Positions 29,255 through 37,686 of a DNA stretch of 64,000 bases are shown in pieces. The position numbers were made by a program, and so were the translations under genes. The notes under the pieces were generated by a model. That model was not told the origin of the DNA. It searched no databases and saw only the letters and a list, made by a program, of their open reading frames with translations. Source of the stretch: Bacteroidales bacterium (GTDB lineage: Bacteria > Bacteroidota > Bacteroidia > Bacteroidales > VadinHA17); contig JAVEYS010000001.1 in assembly GCA_034003345.1 (NCBI GenBank), forward strand, positions 70,513 through 134,512, written 5' to 3'. The stretch's first letter is position 1. Every line of letters starts with the position of its first letter.

Positions 29255-30937
29255 ATGGCTGACGACAAGAAGATCATTTTTTCTATGTTCAGGGTAAGCA
29301 AGAGTTACCCACCTCATAAGCAGGTCATTAAAGATATATCGCTCTCCTTCTTTCTGGGCGCCAAGATCGGTATAATTGGTCTGAACGGCTCAGGAAAGTC
29401 GACTCTTCTTAAGATCATCGCAGGGATTGAGAAGGAGTATCAGGGAGAGGTTGTCTTTTCTCCGGGTTACACCGTGGGTCACCTGCCTCAGGACCCCCTG
29501 ATGGATGAGACCCGCACGGTGCTTGAGATAGTCGAAGAGGGAGCTGCAGAGGTTGTTTCGGCCCTCAGTGAATATGAAGAGATAAACCTTCGTTTTAGCG
29601 AGCCTGAAGTGTATGAGAATCCTGACCTCATGGAGAAACTGATGACCAGGCAGGCAGATCTGCAGGAGAAGATCGAAGCCCTTGACGGCTGGAATCTTGA
29701 TCACAGGCTTGAGCGCGCCATGGACGCCCTTAATTGCCCTGATCCCTCAACACCTGTCAATATTCTATCCGGAGGTGAACGTCGTCGTGTGGCACTATGT
29801 CGCCTGCTCCTCCTCGAGCCTGACGTGCTGCTCCTTGACGAGCCGACAAACCATCTTGACGCTGAGAGCGTACAGTGGCTTGAGACTCATCTGAGACAGT
29901 ATAAAGGAACAGTGATTTGTATTACACATGACAGGTACTTCCTTGATAATGTGGCCGGATGGATACTGGAGCTTGACCGTGGTGAAGGAATACCCTGGAG
30001 AGGGAACTATTCGTCATGGCTTGAGCAGAAGGCCAAACGGCTTGAGCTCGAGGAGAAGGGAAACATCAAGCGCCGCAAGACGCTGGAGCATGAGCTGGAA
30101 TGGGTACGTATGTCGCCGAAAGCGCGACGGGCGAAGTCAAAAGCCCGGTTGAGCGCCTATGAGAACCTGCTTAACCAGGATGTCAGACAGAAAGAGGAGA
30201 AGCTAGAGATCTTCATCCCCAACGGTCCGAGGCTGGGAGACAAGGTGATAAGAGCCAGCGGTGTATCAAAAGCATTTGATGACAGGATACTTTTTGAAGA
30301 ATTGGAATTCAACCTTCCACCCAACGGCATTGTAGGGGTTATAGGCCCTAATGGCGCCGGCAAGACAACGCTCTTCCGGATGATAATGGGACAGGAGAAA
30401 GTTGACAGCGGAAACTTTGTTGTAGGGGAGACGGTAACTCTTGGTTATGTTGATCAGGCCCACGCTGACATTGATACCTCCAAGAGTGTTTATGAGGTTA
30501 TCTCGGGAGGCGTGGATGAGATCATGGTGGGCAACAGACCTGTCAACGCCCGCGCTTATGCAGCCCGGTTTAACTTCACCGGGGCTGACCAGGAGAAGAA
30601 GTGCGGGGTCCTCTCCGGAGGCGAGCGCAACAGGCTGCATCTTGCCCTTACACTGAAGAGCGGCGCCAATGTGCTTCTCCTTGACGAGCCGACGAATGAC
30701 ATAGATGTCAATACTCTTCGCGCCCTTGAGGAGGGGCTTGATAATTTTGCAGGCTGTGCAGTGATTATATCTCATGACCGCTGGTTTCTTGACCGCGTGG
30801 CAACACATATACTTGCATTTGAGGGCGAATCCAAGGTTGTATGGTTTGAAGGAAGTTTCTCTGAGTATGATGAAAACTACCGTGGGCGCAACGCAAATGC
30901 CGGTCCGGTAAGATTGAAATATAAAAAGCTCTCCTGA
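29255..30937 (+). CDS. ettA: Energy-dependent translational throttle protein EttA (ABC-F)
   Basis: Two ABC cassettes (GLNGSGKST / LSGGERRRVAL; GPNGAGKTT / LSGGERNRLHL). The N-terminus MADDKKIIFSMFRVSKSYPP and the ~560-aa length are typical of EttA. Confidence 0.92.
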   Translation: MADDKKIIFSMFRVSKSYPPHKQVIKDISLSFFLGAKIGIIGLNGSGKSTLLKIIAGIEKEYQGEVVFSPGYTVGHLPQDPLMDETRTVLEIVEEGAAEVVSALSEYEEINLRFSEPEVYENPDLMEKLMTRQADLQEKIEALDGWNLDHRLERAMDALNCPDPSTPVNILSGGERRRVALCRLLLLEPDVLLLDEPTNHLDAESVQWLETHLRQYKGTVICITHDRYFLDNVAGWILELDRGEGIPWRGNYSSWLEQKAKRLELEEKGNIKRRKTLEHELEWVRMSPKARRAKSKARLSAYENLLNQDVRQKEEKLEIFIPNGPRLGDKVIRASGVSKAFDDRILFEELEFNLPPNGIVGVIGPNGAGKTTLFRMIMGQEKVDSGNFVVGETVTLGYVDQAHADIDTSKSVYEVISGGVDEIMVGNRPVNARAYAARFNFTGADQEKKCGVLSGGERNRLHLALTLKSGANVLLLDEPTNDIDVNTLRALEEGLDNFAGCAVIISHDRWFLDRVATHILAFEGESKVVWFEGSFSEYDENYRGRNANAGPVRLKYKKLS

Positions 30938-31093
30938 TCTGCCGGCCCCGGCTATAAACATTATATAAATCATGTTATTGGGACTGTTATATAATAAACA
31001 GTACCTTCGTATATAATCACATTGCGACTGATATTCAGGCCTCCTGATATGCTGTTGCAGTGTTCTTTAATCCGGAGAAAACAATACAGAAGA

Positions 31094-33331
31094 ATGGCAA
31101 CACGAAGGCAATTCATCAGGATCTCATCAATCAGTGCAGGAGCTGTCATGGCCGGGGTGACCGGAATCAGGCTCCTTGCTTCGGAGCTTACTGATGGACA
31201 GAAGGCAACCCTTGCTGCCCTCAACAGGCGTACACCCACATACTGCGAAGTATGTTTCTGGAAGTGTGCCGGATGGGTCTATAAGGATGACAAGGGTGTC
31301 ATAAAGAAGATCATCGGAAACAATGAAGATCAGAACTGCAACGGCAGGTTCTGCCCGCGTGGCACAGGTGGAGTTGGCATGTACCATGACAACGACCGCC
31401 TGCGCATGCCACTGATACGAACAGAAGAGCGCGGAAAGCAGAGCTTCCGTGAGGCTACCTGGGAGGAGGCCTTTGACTATATTGCCGAAAAGATAAAAGT
31501 TATATCTGCCGAGCATGGCCCTGAGTGCATAGCTCTCTTTACCCACGGATCAGGAGGTAAATATTTTTCCACACTGCTACGGGCACTGGGTTCACCCCAT
31601 GTGGCTGCTCCGTCATACGCACAGTGCCGCGGACCTCGTGAGGTGGCCTTCCAGGCTACCTTCGGCGAGACCATCGAGAGCCCCGAAAGAACAGATATAC
31701 GTGACACAAAATGCCTGGTGCTCATAGGAAGCCATATAGGCGAGAATATGCACAATGGCCAGGTACAGGAGATGTCTGATGCCATTGACAAGGGAGCGAC
31801 TATCATCACTGTTGACCCCCGCTTCTCTACAGCAGCTGGCAAATCAAAATACTGGCTGCCTATCAAGCCTGCCACCGACATGGCGCTGCTCCTGGCCTGG
31901 ATTAATGTAATAATCACGGAGGAGCTTTATGACAAGCCATATGTTGAAAAATATACATATGGGTTTGAATATCTCAGGGAGCATGTGAAAAAGATGACTC
32001 CGGAATGGGCTTACGGCATTACCACCATTGACCCCACAGTCATACGCGAGACTGCCCGTGAGATGGCCAACGCCGCGCCTGCAGTGATAGTCCATCCCGG
32101 CCGTCACGTGACGTGGTATGGTGATGACACGCAGAGATTACGGGCTGTGGCCATTCTCAATGCCCTGCTGGGCTCATGGGGCCGCCGCGGTGGCTTCTAC
32201 CGCCCCGAGACCTTTGAGCTGCCCGAGCCACTGCACCCTCCGTATCCCACACCCAAGAGATCGTGGCGTACCGAGTTCCCCGATCTGTATAAACTTGCAG
32301 ATACAGTCCTGGCCAACGGTCTCTGTGACGCAACCATTCCTGACCCGAGCCGGCACTGCCAGTTCCAGGGATGGATTGTTAACGGCACCAATCTCATTGA
32401 GACACTTCCCAATCAGGAGAACACCATAAAGGCTATCCAGGCTCTCCAGCTGCTTGTGGTGATTGACACTATGCCCATGGAGATAACAGGATGGGCGGAT
32501 GTGGTGCTGCCTGAGTGTACATACCTTGAACGCTTTGATGACATACGCACAGGACCCCATCGCAAGCCACAGATAGCTCTCAGGGCACCCGCGGCCGAGC
32601 CATTGTATGAGACCAAACCGGCTTTCTGGATGGCCCGTGAGCTGGCAAAGAGACTCGGGGTTATAGAATACTTCCCGTTTGAGAAGATTGAGGATCAGCT
32701 TGACTGGCAGCTTAAACAGGTGGGGAGCAGCCTTGAGGAGATGATGAAGCTGGGCGTCAAGACCTTTGACAGACCCTATGATGATCTCTATTTTGCTCCG
32801 GATGAAGATGTGGAGTTCTATACGCCAACAGGCAAGATAGAACTCTATTCTACCACCATGGAGGAGGCCGGATATGACCCCATGCCAAAATACACCAGGC
32901 ACGACGAACCGCCTGAAGGATTTTACCGTCTAAACTACGGCCGTGCGCCAATGCATACTTTCAGCCGTACATCAAACAACCCCAATCTTACCGACCTCAT
33001 GGATGAGAACTCCGTATGGGTGAACCCACGTGTGGCCAAAGAGTGGGGACTGAGCACCGGGCAGTATATTCACCTTATGAATCAGGACGGCAAACGGTCA
33101 GAGTTCCCGATAAAAGTCAGGGTGACGGAACGTATCAGGTGGGACTCGGTTTATATGGTACATGGCTTTGGTCATGACCAGAAGAAGCTGCGACGATGTT
33201 ACGGCAAGGGAGCCAGCGATACCAATCTTATCACCAAAGTGCTTACAGACCCTATCATGGGAGGCACCGGCATGCGTGGCAACTTTGTGACTTTCGTTAC
33301 TGACCTTGGCGGAGAGGAGGTGGTATCATGA
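31094..33331 (+). CDS. Tat-exported molybdopterin (bis-MGD) oxidoreductase catalytic subunit, PsrA/PhsA-like
   Basis: Twin-arginine leader MATRRQFIRISSISAGAVMAG and the N-terminal FeS motif CEVCFWKCAGW...CPRG. 745 aa from ATG 31094. Confidence 0.85.
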   Translation: MATRRQFIRISSISAGAVMAGVTGIRLLASELTDGQKATLAALNRRTPTYCEVCFWKCAGWVYKDDKGVIKKIIGNNEDQNCNGRFCPRGTGGVGMYHDNDRLRMPLIRTEERGKQSFREATWEEAFDYIAEKIKVISAEHGPECIALFTHGSGGKYFSTLLRALGSPHVAAPSYAQCRGPREVAFQATFGETIESPERTDIRDTKCLVLIGSHIGENMHNGQVQEMSDAIDKGATIITVDPRFSTAAGKSKYWLPIKPATDMALLLAWINVIITEELYDKPYVEKYTYGFEYLREHVKKMTPEWAYGITTIDPTVIRETAREMANAAPAVIVHPGRHVTWYGDDTQRLRAVAILNALLGSWGRRGGFYRPETFELPEPLHPPYPTPKRSWRTEFPDLYKLADTVLANGLCDATIPDPSRHCQFQGWIVNGTNLIETLPNQENTIKAIQALQLLVVIDTMPMEITGWADVVLPECTYLERFDDIRTGPHRKPQIALRAPAAEPLYETKPAFWMARELAKRLGVIEYFPFEKIEDQLDWQLKQVGSSLEEMMKLGVKTFDRPYDDLYFAPDEDVEFYTPTGKIELYSTTMEEAGYDPMPKYTRHDEPPEGFYRLNYGRAPMHTFSRTSNNPNLTDLMDENSVWVNPRVAKEWGLSTGQYIHLMNQDGKRSEFPIKVRVTERIRWDSVYMVHGFGHDQKKLRRCYGKGASDTNLITKVLTDPIMGGTGMRGNFVTFVTDLGGEEVVS

Positions 33332-33861
33332 GATACGCAATGGCCGTCGACACAAAAAAATGTGTGGGATGCAGCGACTGTGTAGTGGCATGCCAGACAG
33401 AGAACAATGTACCTATTGGTTACTGCCGCGACTGGGTGGTGGAGCGGATAGACGGTACATATCCACAGCTTGAGGTGGAGATCAGGTCGGAGAGATGTAA
33501 CCACTGCGACAATGCTCCCTGTGTCAGATGCTGTCCCACGGGAGCAAGTCATATAGTCGAGGGCGGGATAGTGCTTGTCAATCCAAACAAGTGTATCGGG
33601 TGCGGTGCATGTATTGCTTCCTGCCCATATGATGCCCGCTATCCTCATCCAAAGGGTTATGTTGATAAATGTACCTTCTGCATCCACCGTGTCAGGGAAG
33701 GCATGAAACCGGCATGCGTGGCTGTCTGCCCTACCAAATGTATGTACTTCGGTGATCTTGAAGACCCGAACAGTGATGTGAGCAAGGTGCTGAAGAAACG
33801 TAAGTACAAGACACTCATTCCCGAAGCAGGAACGAAACCGCAGTTGTATTTCCTAATCTGA
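33328..33861 (+). CDS. 4Fe-4S ferredoxin-type electron-transfer subunit (PsrB/PhsB-like)
   Basis: ATGA overlap with the catalytic subunit. Multiple CxxCxxC(xxx)C clusters (CVGCSDCVVAC, CNHCDNAPCVRCC, CIGCGACIASC, CTFC...C). Confidence 0.9.
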   Translation: MRYAMAVDTKKCVGCSDCVVACQTENNVPIGYCRDWVVERIDGTYPQLEVEIRSERCNHCDNAPCVRCCPTGASHIVEGGIVLVNPNKCIGCGACIASCPYDARYPHPKGYVDKCTFCIHRVREGMKPACVAVCPTKCMYFGDLEDPNSDVSKVLKKRKYKTLIPEAGTKPQLYFLI

Positions 33862-33868
33862 TCAGACG

Positions 33869-34810
33869 ATGAACGAAGAGCTTATTATCAGCGGAAGAGA
33901 GAACCTGATGGTTGACCCGCAACTTCATATATGGCACTGGCCTATACCGTTATACCTCTTCCTGGGTGGACTGGCGGCAGGAGTACTCTTTTTTGCGGCA
34001 CTGTATTACCTGCTGGGAAAGGAGGAGCAATACCGTTCAGCCGTTCGCCGGGTACCTTTTGTGGCACCGTTTGCCCTGGTCATTGGCCTGGCTGCACTGT
34101 TCTATGACCTAAACCATAAAGCATTCTTCTGGCAGCTGTACACTACCATAAGACTTGAGTCACCCATGTCGTGGGGCGCATGGACACTGCTGGTTATAAC
34201 TACAGCTTCATTCATCTGGTGTGCACTCCATATCAGGGAGATCTTTCCAAACTGGGACTGGAAATATAAATGGCTGAAAGAACTTGAAGTTTTCTTCAAC
34301 AAGTACAAGAAGGTGCTGGCATGGGTGATGCTGATATTTGCCATTATTACCGGCGTCTATACCGGTATATTGCTTTCGGCATTCAATGCGCGGCCCCTCT
34401 GGAACACCTCGGTGCTGGGGCCGCTTTTCCTGGCTTCCGGCCTATCAGCCGGCGCGGCTACTATCGTGCTGGCATCAAAAAACAGGGAAGAGAGGCTGCT
34501 CTTTACGAAGATAGACCTCATTATCCTTGGCACGGAGCTTTTCCTGATTGTACACATGTTCATGGGCTTCCTTGCAAGCACACAGGTGCAGATTGATGCT
34601 GCAAATCTCTTTCTCGGTGGTGAATACACAATGGTTTTCTGGATATTCGTGGTGATACTGGGGATAATAATACCCGGCACCCTTGACCTTATGGAGCTTA
34701 GAGGCCGTCATATTCCCGCATACATACCGGGAGTGCTGGTGCTTTTTGGCAGTCTTATGTTCAGGTTCGTTTTTGTCTTTGCCGGACAGGTAAGCCGCTG
34801 GCTATACTGA
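33869..34810 (+). CDS. NrfD/PsrC-type polytopic membrane anchor subunit
   Basis: 313 aa with about 8 TM helices. Sits in the typical third position of Psr/Phs/Ttr-type operons. Confidence 0.8.
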   Translation: MNEELIISGRENLMVDPQLHIWHWPIPLYLFLGGLAAGVLFFAALYYLLGKEEQYRSAVRRVPFVAPFALVIGLAALFYDLNHKAFFWQLYTTIRLESPMSWGAWTLLVITTASFIWCALHIREIFPNWDWKYKWLKELEVFFNKYKKVLAWVMLIFAIITGVYTGILLSAFNARPLWNTSVLGPLFLASGLSAGAATIVLASKNREERLLFTKIDLIILGTELFLIVHMFMGFLASTQVQIDAANLFLGGEYTMVFWIFVVILGIIIPGTLDLMELRGRHIPAYIPGVLVLFGSLMFRFVFVFAGQVSRWLY

Positions 34811-34831
34811 TAACAACAAAAAACAAAAAAT

Positions 34832-35368
34832 ATGAATAACAATACCAAAACTGAAAGGGGCAAAAAATATCTCAATCCCTACCTGGGAGGGGTACTTCTT
34901 GGTCTTGTGCTGCTTGCTGCCAACTTTGTCTCGGGCAGGGGCCTGGGAGCCAGCGGAGCCATCAAGAGCGTAGTGGCAACAACAATTGAAGTGGTTGATA
35001 AGGATGCTGTCAACACGATGCCGTTCATGGCAGAATATTCACAATCACACAGTGGCAGCCCGATGAGGTCGTGGCTGGTCTTTGAGATGCTTGGCGTTCT
35101 CGTGGGAGGATTTCTTTCGGGAGCTGTGGCTGGACGGCTCAAGCTGAAGGTAGAGCATTCGCCAAAGATAACCTCGCGCAGGAGACTCATCTTCGCCCTG
35201 GCTGGCGGCATACTCTTCGGCTTCGGCTCACAGCTCGGCCGGGGATGCACAAGCGGCTCAGCCCTGAGCGGTATGGCAGTACTCTCACTGGGAGGCTTTA
35301 TAACAATGATGGCAATATTCGGTACTGCCTTTGCACTGGCATATTTCTTCAGAAGAAACTGGATTTAA
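34832..35368 (+). CDS. YeeE/YedE-family sulfur-compound transport protein (half-size)
   Basis: 178-aa membrane protein with the family motif 'GSQLGRGCTSGSALSGM'. Confidence 0.8.
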   Translation: MNNNTKTERGKKYLNPYLGGVLLGLVLLAANFVSGRGLGASGAIKSVVATTIEVVDKDAVNTMPFMAEYSQSHSGSPMRSWLVFEMLGVLVGGFLSGAVAGRLKLKVEHSPKITSRRRLIFALAGGILFGFGSQLGRGCTSGSALSGMAVLSLGGFITMMAIFGTAFALAYFFRRNWI

Positions 35369-35383
35369 AAAGAGGAGGACACA

Positions 35384-35974
35384 ATGGGACCATTAGCACC
35401 ATACGAAATAATATCGGAGAACACCAATTTTCTCCTTGCATTCTTCATCGGAATAGCCTTCGGGTGGGTTCTCGAGAGCTCAGGCTTCTCATCAAGCCGT
35501 AAGCTGGCGGGCATGTTTTACGGATATGACACCGTTGTACTTAAAGTATTCTTTACAGGCGCCATAACAGCCATGCTCGGCCTCCTGTTCATGAGCCTCT
35601 TCGGATGGGTTGACCTTGACCTGATCTATGTCAATCCCACATATCTTACTTCTGCGATAGTGGGAGGAGTGATCATGGGTGCCGGGTTTATCATGGGAGG
35701 CTTCTGCCCCGGCACAAGCTTCTGCGGGGCTGCCATTGGCAAGATCGACGCTATGGTATTTGTCGGCGGACTCTTTATAGGCGTTTACGGCTTTACCTTC
35801 ACATACCCATGGTGGGAGAAGATGTATATGGCCAGGTACCTGGGCGAGCCGAAGGTGAGCGAGGTACTGGGAATGAAGGACGGACTGTTCGGGCTGCTGC
35901 TGATCATTGTCGCACTCTGTATGTTTGCTGTTGCGGAGTGGGTTGAAAAGAAGTTTCCGAGGGAAGAATACTGA
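35384..35974 (+). CDS. YeeE/YedE-family sulfur-compound transport protein (second half-size paralog)
   Basis: 196-aa membrane protein with the motif 'FIMGGFCPGTSFCGAAIG'. Starts 15 nt after the first half. Confidence 0.8.
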   Translation: MGPLAPYEIISENTNFLLAFFIGIAFGWVLESSGFSSSRKLAGMFYGYDTVVLKVFFTGAITAMLGLLFMSLFGWVDLDLIYVNPTYLTSAIVGGVIMGAGFIMGGFCPGTSFCGAAIGKIDAMVFVGGLFIGVYGFTFTYPWWEKMYMARYLGEPKVSEVLGMKDGLFGLLLIIVALCMFAVAEWVEKKFPREEY

Positions 35975-36036
35975 TCAATCTGAACACTTTACACCGTATT
36001 CGGGTTATACTATTGAAAACGAAAACACAGATAACG

Positions 36037-36660
36037 ATGAAATCGCTTAAATTACTTGCTTTTTTTGTGATCACACTGGGGATTATCATAGCCGCCGTAC
36101 CGGCAGACAGGGTTAAACACTTCCAGCTCACTGCCGACGAGCTGCTCCAGGAGGCTGGCGCAGGGGTTCAGTTCATCTCACCCGATGTGGTGGCTGACAT
36201 GCTTGTTCAGAAAGACCCGTCACTGCGTCTCATTGATGTGCGCACCCCGGAGGAGTTTGATGCATACAGCATGCCGGATGCGATCAACATACCGCTGAGC
36301 AACCTGTTATCAGAGGAGTATACAGACATACTTTACCAGGAGGCATACATGAATGTATTCTATTCCAACGGCTCCGTCTATGCCAACCAGGCATGGATGA
36401 TCACCAGACAGCTGGGGTATGAGAACAATTATGTTCTTGAGGGCGGGCTGAACTACTGGTTTGGTAATATACTGTCGCCGGAGGCACCTTCCCAGACTAG
36501 TCCCGATGAGGAGTTTGCGCAGTACGATTTCCGAAAGAGCGCTGCTGCTGCCCTTGGTGGTGGCGGTGTTGTCTCCACAGAGGAAACAACTACGACGGTG
36601 AAGGCTGTCAAGCCTCCTATGACTGTCAAGGCCAAGAAGAAACCTGCAGGAGGCTGCTGA
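36037..36660 (+). CDS. Membrane-anchored or exported rhodanese-like protein that lacks the catalytic Cys and has a C-terminal GGC tail
   Basis: Signal/anchor helix MKSLKLLAFFVITLGIIIAAVPA and rhodanese core (LRLIDVRTPEEFDAYSMPDAINIPL...VLEGGLNYW). The active-site loop position reads NVFYSNGSVYAN. The sole Cys is the last residue (...KKKPAGGC*). The track's TTG 36013 start is less likely. Confidence 0.75.
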   Translation: MKSLKLLAFFVITLGIIIAAVPADRVKHFQLTADELLQEAGAGVQFISPDVVADMLVQKDPSLRLIDVRTPEEFDAYSMPDAINIPLSNLLSEEYTDILYQEAYMNVFYSNGSVYANQAWMITRQLGYENNYVLEGGLNYWFGNILSPEAPSQTSPDEEFAQYDFRKSAAAALGGGGVVSTEETTTTVKAVKPPMTVKAKKKPAGGC

Positions 36661-36686
36661 TTTTTTGCGATAACCGAAAAATAATT

Positions 36687-36694
36687 TACATTTG
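36687..36694 (+). promoter_or_regulatory. Bacteroidota -7 promoter box (TACATTTG) for tRNA-Arg
   Basis: Exact TAnnTTTG match 16 nt upstream of tRNA position 1. Confidence 0.55.
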
Positions 36695-36709
36695 CGGCTG
36701 CAAACGCAC

Positions 36710-36781
36710 GGCCCTATAGTTCAATGGATAGAACGCGGGTTTCCTAAACCTGAAATTTAGGTTCGATTCCTAGTGGGGCTA
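36710..36781 (+). tRNA. tRNA-Arg (anticodon CCT)
   Basis: Hand-folded cloverleaf. Acceptor GGCCCTA/TGGGGCT (G1-U72 wobble). D-arm GTTC-AATGGATA-GAAC. Anticodon stem CGGGT/ACCTG with loop TT-CCT-AA. 4-nt variable loop. T-arm TTAGG-TTCGATT-CCTAG. Discriminator A. CCA is not encoded. Confidence 0.85.
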
Positions 36782-36855
36782 CAAATGGAACATAGCTCTC
36801 TGCACGGAGCAGGAAGGGAGCAGAGCGAAGCAGTCCCGCTTAGCGGGAAGGAATA

Positions 36856-36878
36856 ACCCGGGAGATGATCCCGGGTTT
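36856..36878. terminator. Bidirectional stem-loop terminator between tRNA-Arg and the convergent aldo/keto reductase
   Basis: 8-bp stem ACCCGGGA/TCCCGGGT with a 5-nt loop. It is followed by TTT on the plus strand and TTATT on the minus strand. A second small hairpin (TCCCGC/GCGGGA) lies at 36834-36848. Confidence 0.6.
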
Positions 36879-36882
36879 CCTG

Positions 36883-37686
36883 TTATAGGCTGTCAAGATA
36901 TTCTATATCCTCTTCGCTGATCTCAAAATCAATATCAATATTCTGCCTTATAAATTCAGGATGGGTTGACTTGGGGAGCGGCAGTGCCCCTTTCTCAAGA
37001 ACGTAGCGTATGGATAGCTGGGCCACGCTCTTACCATATTTTTCAGCTATACGGGCGATGTTCACGTTATTAAGTATTCTCCCGGTAGCAAGAGGAGAAT
37101 AGCCCTCAACAAGAATGCCGTTCTTATTGCAGTGCCCAACAATATTCTCCTGACGGTGTCCTATATGCAGCTTTATCTGGTTGACCATGGGCCTTATAAG
37201 AGAGTTGTTGAGAATGGCATCAACATCTTTCACACTGAAATTTGAGATTCCAATGGACCTCGTTTTCCCACCCTGGTAAAACTCTTCCATGGCCCTCCAT
37301 ACTTCGATGTTCTCCTTTGTATAATCAAAGCCCATCTTAGTCCAGGGCCAGGGTGCATGTATGAGATAGAGATCAATATAATCCAGACCGATATTTTCTA
37401 TTGTCATCTCGGCATGCCGGACGGCTTGCCCGTAACTCTTTACCTCTGCAGGCAGTTTAGATGTGACAAAGATATCACTGCGGCTGATGCCGGAATCCAG
37501 GATTGCCCTGCCAACACTGGCTTCATTACCGTAAGCCTGGGCTGTATCAATATGTCTATAGCCTGCCTTAAGAGCCTCCATGACAGAGCTATAAGCTATA
37601 TCACCTGAAGGTATTTGCCAGGTGCCAAAGCCAAGGGCCGGTATTTTAACGCCATTGGAAAGTGTGAAGAAATCTGTGCTTTTCAT
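36883..37686 (-). CDS. Aldo/keto reductase (2,5-diketo-D-gluconate reductase-like)
   Basis: 267 aa with N-terminus 'LSNGVKIPALGFGTWQ', the 'GYRHIDTAQAYGNE' motif and the 'LIHAPWPW' motif. Confidence 0.9.
   Translation of the reverse strand: MKSTDFFTLSNGVKIPALGFGTWQIPSGDIAYSSVMEALKAGYRHIDTAQAYGNEASVGRAILDSGISRSDIFVTSKLPAEVKSYGQAVRHAEMTIENIGLDYIDLYLIHAPWPWTKMGFDYTKENIEVWRAMEEFYQGGKTRSIGISNFSVKDVDAILNNSLIRPMVNQIKLHIGHRQENIVGHCNKNGILVEGYSPLATGRILNNVNIARIAEKYGKSVAQLSIRYVLEKGALPLPKSTHPEFIRQNIDIDFEISEEDIEYLDSL

Noticed and set aside
30266-30973. 235-aa minus-strand ORF
   Set aside because: It is antisense to the second ABC cassette of ettA, which has unmistakable Walker and signature motifs. It has no motif of its own.
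30938-31093. Moco riboswitch or other leader element upstream of the molybdoenzyme operon
   Set aside because: I found only a short direct repeat (CTGATAT twice) and weak hairpins. I could not identify the conserved Moco-motif helices, so the claim is not supportable without a covariance-model scan (Rfam RF01055).
32174-32902. 242-aa minus-strand ORF (and the nested 32197-32412 and 32413-32616 ORFs)
   Set aside because: They are antisense to the molybdopterin oxidoreductase gene. These are shadow ORFs in a GC-richer coding region.
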